Counted from the first letter of the stretch, positions 40,471 to 49,841 are shown. The stretch: DNA of 64,000 nucleotides from Candidatus Dojkabacteria bacterium (GCA_030583685.1 CP129470.1:566558-630557); one strand, 5' to 3'. Program-made: numbers and translations. Notes: generated by a model from the letters alone, not told the origin.

Positions 40471-41103
40471 TTAAATTGTAAGGTCAACCTCCTCTTGAAG
40501 TCGAATCTGGTGCTTTATAAGTCGATAAGCCCCAAATGACATGATGGAGAGAATAATGTGAAAGCCGGGAAGCGAGTCAGAGAAAATAGCCGCAACCGTT
40601 TGAAAGTTGATCGGAGCGTCGTACCACTGATGGTATAAAGATAGTGTTATGCCGCTTTGTACAAACATGGTCAGAAAATAAACCACTGAAGACGCGATAA
40701 AGAGATAACCAATATGTTTTGTAGGAACGAGTAACTCTTGTAACATATTTTTTTTCTGATCGAAAAGGATTCGAATGATTCTTGCCATAACTTCAAGAAT
40801 TAGGATAAAAATGAGCGAAATAAGTGAAAAGATAAGTATATACACATTGACGGGTAGTACCTCGCTTTCACCACTACTCATTATTGAGGGAGTGGCATAT
40901 GTAAAGAATTGTTGTAATGGAGATACAATATACGCAAGGACCGAAATGCCTGTAAGTACTTGCATGAGTAATCCACTCTCGTGAGCTGAAGGGAAATACA
41001 TGCTGAATGAGCCAAAAGTCCACAATGCAAGAGAGAGTTGTGTTAATCTAATATATGCGAGTGTGGCAATCTTGTAAATGTTAAGTTTTGAAATGTTTTT
41101 CAT
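40471..41103 (-). CDS. polytopic membrane protein co-transcribed with the XRE regulator (DUF2975-like arrangement)
   Basis: 210 aa with about 5 TM helices, 9 nt upstream of the HTH gene. Confidence 0.5.
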   Translation of the reverse strand: MKNISKLNIYKIATLAYIRLTQLSLALWTFGSFSMYFPSAHESGLLMQVLTGISVLAYIVSPLQQFFTYATPSIMSSGESEVLPVNVYILIFSLISLIFILILEVMARIIRILFDQKKNMLQELLVPTKHIGYLFIASSVVYFLTMFVQSGITLSLYHQWYDAPINFQTVAAIFSDSLPGFHIILSIMSFGAYRLIKHQIRLQEEVDLTI

Positions 41104-41188
41104 ATTAATATAATTATTTAATGTTTTATTATAAAGCCTTTATGAGAGAGTTGTCAAGTGGTTACAAGAAAAGTTTTTCGAAATGCGC

Positions 41189-41194
41189 TATAAT
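41189..41194 (+). promoter_or_regulatory. -10 element (TATAAT) for tRNA-Ala
   Basis: TATAAT ends 10 nt before the tRNA 5' end. The -35 is poor. Confidence 0.3.
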
Positions 41195-41204
41195 TCACTA
41201 TTCT

Positions 41205-41281
41205 GGGCCTGTAGTTCAGTTTGGTAGAACGCTTCATTCGCATTGAAGAGGTCAGGGGTTCGACTCCCCTCAGGTCCACCA
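41205..41281 (+). tRNA. tRNA-Ala (anticodon CGC), CCA encoded
   Basis: Cloverleaf with acceptor GGGCCTG/CAGGTCC carrying the G3:U70 alanine identity pair, D-stem GTTC/GAAC, anticodon stem CTTCA/TGAAG with loop TTCGCAT, T-arm AGGGG-TTCGACT-CCCCT, ending ACCA. Confidence 0.85.
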
Positions 41282-41453
41282 ATTGCAACTTTTGCTGGCT
41301 TCTGCTCTCTCCGAGCAGGCGGCGGGGCTTCGCTTCCGCCTCGCCCGAGCGTCAGTTTCGCTCAAAGAAATTTCGCGCAAGGTTTAGGATTTCCCACTTG
41401 TGCTACAATTTTTTACCATCTAATCTGGAAAGCAATCATTTTTTGAGTATATT

Positions 41454-42416
41454 ATGACGCCAATCTTTTTATTTTCACTTCCAAGAGCAGGTTCAACCTT
41501 GTTACAGCGTATGCTCAATACAAATCATGACGTTTATACCGTTCCAGAGGATTGGTTGCTTCTTCCATTTGTTATGTCATTACGAAAAACGGGTACGGTA
41601 ACCAATTATGGCCACACGATTTCTACAAGGGCAATAAAAGAGTTTATATCTCTATTGCCAAAAAAGAAGCAGGACTACAACAATTCATTGCGAGAATTTG
41701 TATTGTCTTTATACACAAAAGTAAGCCCTTCAGGTACTCGCTACTTTCTTGCAAAAACACCTCGATATTATGAAATAATTGATGAAATTGCCAGACTTTT
41801 TCCAGAAGCAAAATTGATCTTCTTGATGAGAAATCCGATTGAAGTCTTTGCTTCTATGCTTGAGACGTGGAGTGGAGGGACTTTAAAAGCAAGTCATCAC
41901 TTTTCTCGAGACTTACTTCATGGCACAACGAAGCTATACAACGGCTATTTGAAACACAGGACTCGTTCTTTGTTACTTTCATATCGCGATATTGTGACTC
42001 ACCCACAGCTGGTTGCTGCAAAACTAGAAAAGTACCTTGGAATCACCTTTGCTGATTTACAGTTTCGCAATCTACGATCAATTGGAAAACGCGGTTCACT
42101 TGGTGATCCAACGGGGCAGTATCGATACAAAAAAATTTCAACTGAGCCATTGCAAAAGTGGCACAAAACAATTGCGGGTAGTGTTCGAAAGCACCTTGCA
42201 AGAAAATATTTATTGCAGATTCCCGAAGACGTATTTTCTTATTCTGGAGTTTCAAAAGCACAAGTCCTACAAGAAGTTCAACAACTTCCAAACGAACTCC
42301 AAAGACTTTTCCCGGATCTCTTTTATTATCTTCGTGGAGACTTGATTACGCGATTTAATTTGAATCTTTTGATGAAAAAAGAATATCAATGGACAACGCA
42401 GGGGGTGTTAAAGTGA
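41454..42416 (+). CDS. sulfotransferase-family protein (PAPS-dependent)
   Basis: The N-terminal 5'-PSB loop LFSLPRAGSTLLQRML corresponds to the PKSGTT-type motif. The size and a later RNP motif region fit the Sulfotransfer fold. Confidence 0.55.
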   Translation: MTPIFLFSLPRAGSTLLQRMLNTNHDVYTVPEDWLLLPFVMSLRKTGTVTNYGHTISTRAIKEFISLLPKKKQDYNNSLREFVLSLYTKVSPSGTRYFLAKTPRYYEIIDEIARLFPEAKLIFLMRNPIEVFASMLETWSGGTLKASHHFSRDLLHGTTKLYNGYLKHRTRSLLLSYRDIVTHPQLVAAKLEKYLGITFADLQFRNLRSIGKRGSLGDPTGQYRYKKISTEPLQKWHKTIAGSVRKHLARKYLLQIPEDVFSYSGVSKAQVLQEVQQLPNELQRLFPDLFYYLRGDLITRFNLNLLMKKEYQWTTQGVLK

Positions 42417-42576
42417 CCAAAAATGGTTATTGCAATAGGTAAATAACTTCATAGAGGTTTTCGATAATACGTCATGCTACAATTTCAATTTCGAACCCTG
42501 GAGGGGAATTCCTTTCCTATCAATTTGGTCAGTATATCAATTCCTCCGCTAAGAAAAAAAATGATGGTCAGCTTTC

Positions 42577-42600
42577 TGAGAGACAAATAGTATGTCTCTG
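42577..42600. terminator. hairpin between convergent genes (possible bidirectional terminator)
   Basis: GAGAGAC-aaatagtat-GTCTCTG is a stem-loop. An A8 run lies about 15 nt upstream on the plus strand, which is a T8 run on the minus strand after the hairpin. Confidence 0.3.
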
Positions 42601-42618
42601 TGTCTAGATTTCGTTTAC

Positions 42619-43158
42619 TTATGTGAGGTTTTTAATCCTATTAGTTCCTCGCTTTGTTAATAATCTAGGATTGACTTCTGCAAAGTTTGGAACTTCTTTG
42701 TAACAGTCCTCAATCAGGTCACTTTCTGAATCGTAGTGCGTTCCTATGAAAAGTACTTCATTCCTGTCTGTTCCAATGGGTTGTGTCGGTGTAAGATGTA
42801 TGATTCCACTTTTCTCTGTATAGATATCAATATGCCAAGAGTCTCCCAACTGTGGGTATTTAGAAGAAATAAAAGGTGAACCTGTTATTGTGAATTTCGT
42901 TGCTTTTACAGTTGAACAAAGTTCAATTTTTTTAGAAGTACCCGGTTTTATAGTTATCTCTGTTATTGGACCCCGAACATTGTATGAAATTGCAAGTAAT
43001 GGAGGCTTCTGGTTCTGTGGATTACTATCAACGGTCAACGATTTTCCATCTGATGTTAACAACAATTTGAAAGGAGTATTCATGCGAAAGCGGTATTCCT
43101 TTGATAGTAGATTTCGCTCGTTGTGAATTTGATTTCCAGAGCCCGAAAGGTTACGCAT
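42619..43158 (-). CDS. hypothetical protein (179 aa), ORFan
   Basis: Clean ORF with no signal peptide and no motif. Confidence 0.4.
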   Translation of the reverse strand: MRNLSGSGNQIHNERNLLSKEYRFRMNTPFKLLLTSDGKSLTVDSNPQNQKPPLLAISYNVRGPITEITIKPGTSKKIELCSTVKATKFTITGSPFISSKYPQLGDSWHIDIYTEKSGIIHLTPTQPIGTDRNEVLFIGTHYDSESDLIEDCYKEVPNFAEVNPRLLTKRGTNRIKNLT

Positions 43159-43232
43159 TTGATAATAATTTTAACAAAAAAAAGAAAAAAAGTATAGAGT
43201 GATGGACACTATATATGGTATAATCCCATAGT

Positions 43233-44018
43233 ATGCTCCCGCATTATGAGCCTCCACCACCACCTCCTTCTGTACGTCATGAGTACCGTCTTCCCGCTGC
43301 ATTTAAACGCGAAGCTGACATTTCGAAGGAACTGCATTCCAGGTTACAAGCTCAGTATATTCTTGAACATGGCTCTCACGACACTATGGGGAGTAGTGAA
43401 GTTCCCAGTAAAAAAGAAAACTTATGTCCAAGAATCACTGGATTTACGTGTACGCTTGAAGGTCAAAAACTTGTCATAAGCGGAAATAAAAAGAGTGGAC
43501 TCGTCTTGAATTATGACGGAATAGCAAAGAATATGGGTGCGTATTGCGGTGTAAACCTCTCCCGAGAAGAACTAGAAGAGTTATCATTGTTTCTTGCAAT
43601 TAGAGGGAAAAAGGCGCGTGTTTTTAGTGGAATCGGAACGTGGGTGCGGTTTTATAGCCCTGAGGGCGATAGGATTTCAGGAGCAGAGGGTTATTTAGAA
43701 TTACCAGTAGATGAATTTGGAATAGTAACGATATCACTTACTGAGGGAAATAAAACAACCTTAAGATTTTCTGCAGCAGTGATTGAAGAAATTATATTGG
43801 GAGACGAATCTTCAGGGTTGTATCTACAAGATGGTGCGAAATACCATGAGTTTATAAATGAGCCACCGCTTTGTGCCGGAATCTTACTTCCTTCTGCTGG
43901 TCTTGTTGCATTAAGGAAGCGTGGAAAGCGTGGAAATCGTAATCTGCGAAAGCAAGGAGCCCCCAAATTACCTTTCGGCACGAAGGGAATAAAAGAAGGA
44001 AAAATATATCGTCAGTAG
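43233..44018 (+). CDS. hypothetical protein (261 aa), ORFan with poly-Pro N-terminus and basic C-terminal tail
   Basis: MLPHYEPPPPPPS... then KRGKRGNRNLRKQG at the C-terminus. Confidence 0.4.
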   Translation: MLPHYEPPPPPPSVRHEYRLPAAFKREADISKELHSRLQAQYILEHGSHDTMGSSEVPSKKENLCPRITGFTCTLEGQKLVISGNKKSGLVLNYDGIAKNMGAYCGVNLSREELEELSLFLAIRGKKARVFSGIGTWVRFYSPEGDRISGAEGYLELPVDEFGIVTISLTEGNKTTLRFSAAVIEEIILGDESSGLYLQDGAKYHEFINEPPLCAGILLPSAGLVALRKRGKRGNRNLRKQGAPKLPFGTKGIKEGKIYRQ

Positions 44019-44039
44019 TACAATTTTGATATAATAGCT

Positions 44040-45116
44040 ATGGACGTTCATATTCCGCCTCAGTATTCCGTTTCGCCTCTGGGCCATACTGCAAAAGCTC
44101 CTAATGTACAACTCCATCCTAGAATGAAAAATTTCGAAAAGGTGAGACTACAGATGCAGCAGAAATGGCAAAGGACACTTACAAGGTTCGGAGAATTTCT
44201 TCCTAAGAATGTGGGGAGACTCTCTACTGTGCAGTTTGATTCAGAAAAACTCACCTGGAGTTCGAATGTTTCAAAACGAGAACTTAAATCTTGCCGTGAA
44301 GCAGGGATGGCAACGCTTGAAGTTACGAACCTTGGAGGAGGGGAATTCAATTTTGAAGGACTACCTCCAGGATGTGCGTTTAATTTTACTCGGATTATGG
44401 CTGAGGGATATCACTATTCAGTTGCACCATCATATCATTTGGAGATTTCTTGGGTAGATAGAGCAAGTATTGAGAGGCAATTACGCGAATCTGATGGTCA
44501 AGGAATACTTGGTTTTGGTCTTGAGGTTTTAACGACTTCTGTAACAGATTCAACCGGCAAGTTAACGGATATTGCACACTCTCAGTTAGGTGAAAAGGCA
44601 AACTTTAAAGCCACTTTAGTGGATGATTGGTTGGTAATCGGGTTTGATGATAAAGGAAGAAGGGTTGGGGTCCCTGTAGCGGAAATGAATAAAGTATTGA
44701 GTGAATCAATTATCATTGTTGATCAAGAAAAATATGAAGAATATCTAAAGAAGCTTGAAGAAAATGAAGATTTCCGAGAATTGATTAAAAAGAATGCTCA
44801 ACCCGCAGCAGTTACTCTATTTATTATAAGTCTACTTGTAGGATATAGTGTTTATACAAGCAAGCGCCGTGCTAAATTTGAAAAAAAAGAACAACGAAGA
44901 AAGGTGGTAAATGCACTAATTGTTGGGGTACATAAAGTATTAAGAGAATCAAAGTCTTTTGATTTGAAAGACCCTCGCTTGCGAGGAATAATTGAGAAAA
45001 TGGCAAGGAAAGAGGCAGGAGAATTGTATGGACTTTCTCCAAATGGACCAACGGAAAAAGAAATCAAAAGTGGAGTTGAAAACATTGTCGGTGAAAAATT
45101 CATTAGGCGATTGTAA
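44040..45116 (+). CDS. hypothetical protein (358 aa) with single C-terminal-third TM helix
   Basis: Soluble N-domain, TM (AAVTLFIISLLVGYSVYT), then a basic/charged C-terminal region. Confidence 0.4.
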   Translation: MDVHIPPQYSVSPLGHTAKAPNVQLHPRMKNFEKVRLQMQQKWQRTLTRFGEFLPKNVGRLSTVQFDSEKLTWSSNVSKRELKSCREAGMATLEVTNLGGGEFNFEGLPPGCAFNFTRIMAEGYHYSVAPSYHLEISWVDRASIERQLRESDGQGILGFGLEVLTTSVTDSTGKLTDIAHSQLGEKANFKATLVDDWLVIGFDDKGRRVGVPVAEMNKVLSESIIIVDQEKYEEYLKKLEENEDFRELIKKNAQPAAVTLFIISLLVGYSVYTSKRRAKFEKKEQRRKVVNALIVGVHKVLRESKSFDLKDPRLRGIIEKMARKEAGELYGLSPNGPTEKEIKSGVENIVGEKFIRRL

Positions 45117-45123
45117 AAGAAAT

Positions 45124-45690
45124 CTATTCCCATTTGACCACTCTCCACCACGCATCCACATACGCGCCTCGGTCGTTCTTGTAGTCGAGGTAGTAGGCGT
45201 GTTCCCAGACGTCAAGTGCGAGTATCGGCGTGTAGCCAGGAGCATGATTGAGGTTATGCTTCTCGACGGAAAGCACTAATAACCCGTTTTTGGGACTTTC
45301 ATACAATACTGCCCAGCCTGAGCCTTCAACTGATTTTGCTGTTGCACTAAAGAGTTTTTGAAAGGCAGAAAAACTCCCAAACGATTTCTCAATTTTCTCA
45401 GCAATTTCTCCTGTTGGCACGTTGTTGTCTGACGGTGCCTGCATGGTCCTCCAAAAAAGCTCGTGAAGCTCGTGCCCCGCAACGTGAAAGGATAAATCAC
45501 GAAGTGTTGCTTTCACGTCAAGATCAGGGAGGTCGCCATTTTGGTATTTTTCAAGTTTTTCGAGCGCTGCGTTTGCACCTGCAACATACGCCGCATGATG
45601 TTTATCGTGATGTAATTGCATAATTTCAGCAGAAATAACCGGTTCAAGTGCGTTGTAGGCATAGGGAAGAGGAGAAAGTTCATATCGCAT
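45124..45690 (-). CDS. sodA: Fe/Mn superoxide dismutase
   Basis: LPYAYNALEPVISAEIMQLHHDKHHAAYV...GWAVL...DVWEHAYYLDY contains the metal ligands and signature DVWEHAYY. Confidence 0.9.
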   Translation of the reverse strand: MRYELSPLPYAYNALEPVISAEIMQLHHDKHHAAYVAGANAALEKLEKYQNGDLPDLDVKATLRDLSFHVAGHELHELFWRTMQAPSDNNVPTGEIAEKIEKSFGSFSAFQKLFSATAKSVEGSGWAVLYESPKNGLLVLSVEKHNLNHAPGYTPILALDVWEHAYYLDYKNDRGAYVDAWWRVVKWE

Positions 45691-45755
45691 AGGTAATAGT
45701 GATGAATTTAACTAAAACTCATTATAACTCTAATAGCTATAATTCGTTCAAAGCT

Positions 45756-47546
45756 TTAATTTTTAGGTCTCCAGTCTCTTAACGAACGTAACAAACTCGC
45801 GCGTTGTTCTCCGGTTGTGATATATGTAATCAAGTCTGTATTGTAGAGGGTCGTGGTGATGCCTGTACCGAGGTATTTCCCTTTGTAAAGGTAGTGAGTA
45901 AGCACTAATCCCTGTCGTGTCCCTAACCATTGATGTTGGTCAAAATAGAGGTTACCTAAACCGTAGTAAATCACTTTTCCTTTGTAAACTTCGTAACTTT
46001 GGGGTTGATGTGCTTGAGTACCAATCACAATGTCCGCGCCTAAGTCGACTGCTTGACGAAAATGCGTTTTTTGATTTGGAGAAGCAATTGGTCCATAACA
46101 CTGTTGCACCGTTGCCCCTGTTGTTGAATAGCTCCAGCATTCTTGATATTGGAAGGTGACAATTACGACATCTGCACCTTCTTTTCTTGCTTTTTCAACA
46201 TCAGCTTTGATTTTTTCTGGCGACCAAGAGTTCGCACCTGCTCGGTTTGCTCCTGCAATCGCAAAGGTTCGTAACACGGTGTCGTAGTAGTTATATCCAA
46301 CGAAGGCAACTTTCGAACCTTTTACGTCTTTGATGAGCACTTTGGCGGCATCAGTCGCGTTTGTTCCTCCGCCAAAATAGTCCCAGCCGAGGTCTTTATA
46401 TGTCTTAATACTTGCCGCATTAAATGTATGTCCTTTGTCGTTATTGTGATTACCAGTGAGTTCCACAATGTTGACGCCGCTCTTCTTCAGTGCCTCAAGA
46501 TGTGAAGTAACCATACAAAAAGATACTCCACCAGAAGGGACGCACCCAGGAACCATCGAAACTTCGTTTGATACATGCGTTAAATCTGCTTTTGCAAGCC
46601 AACTTCCGATTTTTCGCGCTGCATAGGCAGGGTCGCCTGAGGCATTGGTTTTTATGCCTAATCCGCGAGTAATTGCCGTAACTCCAGTCATACGAACTGA
46701 GAGAATTGAGTCTTTTTGAAAATCGTCCGGGAACATAACTGCTCCACGATCTTTGACCAGGTTCTTTCCTGCGTCGGAATCGCCAGAAAGCGTAAAGTAA
46801 TAGGGAATTCCTCCTGTTGGTGCGTCTTCAAAGAAATATTTTCCGTCAAGAGTAAGTAATTTTAAGTCGTTTCGTAAATCATAGAAATCGGTTATACCAA
46901 AATTCTTTTCTTGGGCTTTAAGAGCGTCAGAAAACTTTTCAACTCCTTTGATGCGTGAGTTTGGCGAGAATGTTTGAATAACACTGCTATAGAGCTCCAA
47001 ATTCTCTTGAGGAACGAGAATTTCGTCCTTTTCGAACGCATTTTTGTCTGCAGTATCGCGAACCCAGTACAGGTGGCCGACAGGTACGAGGTATTGTGTG
47101 GCAAGAATTTCTGCTGAATCTGATTTACTTGCGGAATAAGACAAGACAACATCAGGTTGTTCTGAAGTAAACTCGAATCGTTTCGTTCCGTTGAATTCGA
47201 GCTCAGAAAGTTTGTTAGTGAGCTCTTTTCGAATGGTTTCTGGCACATTGTCAGAAATATCCAGTTTGAGGGTATTATAGACGATTGTAGGGAACTGGCT
47301 ACTCGGAGAAACAAGAGAATCAATACTTCCTCTAACAGGATACACATTAAGGAGATATAACACGAGGATTTCGACCATAAAGAGAAGTATTGAGGTCAAA
47401 ATAACGCGAGTTGGGTCAAACCTTTTCAGTTTTTCTTGCTTCCGTTTTTCGATTTGGTGTGGAGTTGGTTGATTGCCGACCCGAACGCCAGAAAGTGGCT
47501 GATTACGGGACATTGAAGCCTTCTTGACGCGGTAGGTAATCTTCAT
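45756..47546 (-). CDS. CapA/PgsA-family (poly-gamma-glutamate capsule biosynthesis-like metallophosphatase-fold) membrane-anchored protein
   Basis: N-terminal TM, an ELTGNHNNDKGH motif (like CapA NNHxxD) and C-terminal DLGADIVIGTQAHQPQSYEVYKGKVIYYGLGNLYFDQ, which matches the CapA C-terminal consensus closely. Confidence 0.55.
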   Translation of the reverse strand: MKITYRVKKASMSRNQPLSGVRVGNQPTPHQIEKRKQEKLKRFDPTRVILTSILLFMVEILVLYLLNVYPVRGSIDSLVSPSSQFPTIVYNTLKLDISDNVPETIRKELTNKLSELEFNGTKRFEFTSEQPDVVLSYSASKSDSAEILATQYLVPVGHLYWVRDTADKNAFEKDEILVPQENLELYSSVIQTFSPNSRIKGVEKFSDALKAQEKNFGITDFYDLRNDLKLLTLDGKYFFEDAPTGGIPYYFTLSGDSDAGKNLVKDRGAVMFPDDFQKDSILSVRMTGVTAITRGLGIKTNASGDPAYAARKIGSWLAKADLTHVSNEVSMVPGCVPSGGVSFCMVTSHLEALKKSGVNIVELTGNHNNDKGHTFNAASIKTYKDLGWDYFGGGTNATDAAKVLIKDVKGSKVAFVGYNYYDTVLRTFAIAGANRAGANSWSPEKIKADVEKARKEGADVVIVTFQYQECWSYSTTGATVQQCYGPIASPNQKTHFRQAVDLGADIVIGTQAHQPQSYEVYKGKVIYYGLGNLYFDQHQWLGTRQGLVLTHYLYKGKYLGTGITTTLYNTDLITYITTGEQRASLLRSLRDWRPKN

Positions 47547-47566
47547 AGGACAGTATAGCAGATTTC

Positions 47567-47640
47567 TGCGCCCAGAGGGACTCGAACCCCCAACCCTCAG
47601 TTCCGAAGACTGATGCTCTATCCAATTGAGCTATGGACGC
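47567..47640 (-). tRNA. tRNA-Arg (anticodon TCG)
   Basis: The reverse complement folds with acceptor GCGTCCA/TGGGCGC, D-arm TAGCTCAATTGGATAGAGC, anticodon stem TCAGT/ACTGA with loop CTTCGGA, T-loop TTCGAGT. No encoded CCA. Confidence 0.85.
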
Positions 47641-47680
47641 ACTAGGGAATTATACTACAAACGAAGGGGATAAGGGAATG

Positions 47681-47956
47681 TTAGGAACCTCTCTTTTGCG
47701 CGGTGATGATTGAGAATCTATGGCTGTAGGGACAAGTGATTGTTGTTCTCGCCATATCTACATATGGATTTTTTTCAAGAAGATTTCGAAGTTCTACCTC
47801 TGACATATTTCCTGAACCTGAGATAGACACCATCCCGAAATTTGTTGCTATTGAAAGATGCTGATATTCAATTCTGTCAACTTCAAAAGTACGCCTGAGG
47901 CTATCTTCAAACTTATTTTCAGACAAATGTTCACCATTAGGATTATACTTGAACAT
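47681..47956 (-). CDS. small hypothetical protein (91 aa)
   Basis: ORF in the gap between tRNA-Arg and the adk-like gene. The sequence is protein-like but unrecognised. Confidence 0.3.
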   Translation of the reverse strand: MFKYNPNGEHLSENKFEDSLRRTFEVDRIEYQHLSIATNFGMVSISGSGNMSEVELRNLLEKNPYVDMARTTITCPYSHRFSIITAQKRGS

Positions 47957-48087
47957 ACAATAAATATATTATTTAAATAATTTTACCGATACGGGGAGCT
48001 CGTATAGGAGTTTCGTGGCATCATTGTAGCGAAATTTTCTTCAATTGCAAGTCCGTGCTACAATACGGTTAATTCACTCTAAAAAAC

Positions 48088-49176
48088 ATGAAAAATCCTT
48101 GGTATACGTATCAGGTTTCCTACAAATGGTTAAAAAACACAGACGGATCGGGCAAAACCTACGATCTTGACTCAGTTGCAGAAAGACGTGCGTATTATCA
48201 AGATAAAGTCGGCAAAGAGATTGAGTTTCTCCGTGATTATTTTCGTGAAAACACCTTTCTTGGGTATTGGTTAGCACCAAAACAGGCAGGAAAAGGCACC
48301 TATATGAACGGACTAAAGGAAATTTTCGGTACGGAAATGTTTACGCATATCAGTGTCGGTGATTTGGTCCGTGCCGCAGATAAAGAGTATCGAAAAGACG
48401 AGAAAAAATCAGAATTGTATAAATACGCGAAAAAACATTATCGAGGTGATATGCATATTGATGAAGCGTTTGATGCATTGGTTGGACGTAATACCGCAAA
48501 TTTGGTCCCAACGGAGCTCATTATGGTCTTTCTGCGGAGAGAAATAGAGAAACACGACAAAAAATCATTGTTTATTGATGGCTTTCCTCGTAATCTTGAT
48601 CAAGTATCGTACTCGTTATACTTCCGAGAATTAGTGAATTATCGTAATGATCCCGATATATTCATTTTAATTAATGCGCCAGTGACGGTTTTAGATGAAC
48701 GAATGAAACAGCGCCGTACCTGTTTGAAATGTGGAAATTCTCGAAATATCGCTCTGTTGCCAACAAAAGAGTACGGATATGACGCGGATACTGATGAATA
48801 TTACTTAGTTTGTGACTTGCCGGGGTGCCCAGGAGGAAGGATGGTGACCAAAGAAGGAGATGAACTTGGCATCGAAACAATCAAGGACAGAATTCTGGCA
48901 GATATCGACGTGATGAAGCGAGCGAGAAAATTGTATGGAATCCCAAAGATCGAACTATTCAATTCACTTGAGAAAAATAAAGCGTTGCAATACGTCGACA
49001 AATACGAATGTACCGATGAATGTGTATTCTCTCGGAACAAAGCAGGAGAAGTGGAATTATCCAAAAAGTTATGGACTGTACACGACGGAGACGAGAAATT
49101 TTACAGTTTGTTGCCTCCAGCCGTTGTAACACAGTTGGTTAAACAGTTAGCGAGGGTATTGGGGTATGAAGGGTAA
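48088..49176 (+). CDS. adenylate-kinase-family nucleoside monophosphate kinase with N- and C-terminal extensions
   Basis: P-loop LAPKQAGKGTY (cf. GAPGAGKGTQ), NMP-binding SVGDLVRAA, LFIDGFPRNLDQ (cf. LLDGFPRTIPQ), and a Zn-type LID RRTCLKCG...CDLPGCPGG. At 362 aa it exceeds the roughly 215 aa of canonical Adk. Confidence 0.6.
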   Translation: MKNPWYTYQVSYKWLKNTDGSGKTYDLDSVAERRAYYQDKVGKEIEFLRDYFRENTFLGYWLAPKQAGKGTYMNGLKEIFGTEMFTHISVGDLVRAADKEYRKDEKKSELYKYAKKHYRGDMHIDEAFDALVGRNTANLVPTELIMVFLRREIEKHDKKSLFIDGFPRNLDQVSYSLYFRELVNYRNDPDIFILINAPVTVLDERMKQRRTCLKCGNSRNIALLPTKEYGYDADTDEYYLVCDLPGCPGGRMVTKEGDELGIETIKDRILADIDVMKRARKLYGIPKIELFNSLEKNKALQYVDKYECTDECVFSRNKAGEVELSKKLWTVHDGDEKFYSLLPPAVVTQLVKQLARVLGYEG

Positions 49177-49195
49177 TGTGGTATAATTATGAACT

Positions 49196-49786
49196 ATGGG
49201 GTTAAACATTGCTGGAAAAAATGCCGGGAAACCGGCAGTAATGTTACCTGTGCTCATGGGTGACAGTCATGAAAGGAAGCTTAATGGCTCTCGTTATAAG
49301 GACGCATTAGAATTAATATTGGCTAAGGTTAACCGGTCTATTAATGAAGATATTGATAGCGGCCCAGTAATGCGAAAGCATTTGACAGCATTGAAAATGG
49401 CACTCATCGCGCTTTGTGATCCGGATTCAACAGAAATTATTACAAAATTTCACAATGGAGAAGATGAAATAACGTCAATCCCAGTTGTCGTTTATGCAAG
49501 AGCACCGTTCCATGACAATCTCTATGAGTTGACAGAAGTATGTGTTCCGGATCCAGAAAATCGAAATGGATCATACACCGTACTAATCTTTAGTAGAGAA
49601 AATAAATTTTCTTGTCAAGTTATACACGGTATTGAGTCATTCTCTTCTGGCAAGCCAACGCCGAGACTTACAATCGATTATGATCTTAGTACCACTTCAG
49701 TTACTTATGAAATCAAGAGTTTGCCGGAACCAAGACCAAGTGGATTAACAGGCAGGCTTAATCGCAATGCTGACCAGGCATCTTGA
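49196..49786 (+). CDS. hypothetical protein (196 aa)
   Basis: Clean ORF, unrecognised. Confidence 0.4.
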   Translation: MGLNIAGKNAGKPAVMLPVLMGDSHERKLNGSRYKDALELILAKVNRSINEDIDSGPVMRKHLTALKMALIALCDPDSTEIITKFHNGEDEITSIPVVVYARAPFHDNLYELTEVCVPDPENRNGSYTVLIFSRENKFSCQVIHGIESFSSGKPTPRLTIDYDLSTTSVTYEIKSLPEPRPSGLTGRLNRNADQAS

Positions 49787-49811
49787 CATAACCCAGAGAT
49801 TCTCTTATACT
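49783..49811 (+). promoter_or_regulatory. sigma70-like promoter TTGACA-17-TATACT upstream of grpE-dnaK
   Basis: -35 TTGACA at 49783..49788, a 17-nt spacer, -10 TATACT at 49806..49811. Confidence 0.45.
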
Positions 49812-49812
49812 T

Positions 49813-49839
49813 TTAGCAGTCTCATATAACAACTGCTAG
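49813..49839 (+). promoter_or_regulatory. CIRCE-like inverted repeat (putative HrcA operator)
   Basis: TTAGCAGTC-N9-AACTGCTAG against the CIRCE consensus TTAGCACTC-N9-GAGTGCTAA. It sits directly downstream of the promoter -10 and upstream of grpE, the classical position. Confidence 0.45.
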
Positions 49840-49841
49840 AA

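Noticed and set aside
41282-41400. GC-rich element as SRP (4.5S) RNA or tmRNA
   Set aside because: I could not find the conserved SRP domain-IV motifs or the tmRNA tRNA-like/ORF features. It is kept only as an unclassified structured element.
41221-41457. ORFs 41221..41457 and 41243..41446 (+)
   Set aside because: They start inside tRNA-Ala and run through the GC-rich hairpin region. Their products are low-complexity (RRGFASASPERQF...), so they are artefacts of GC-rich structured DNA.
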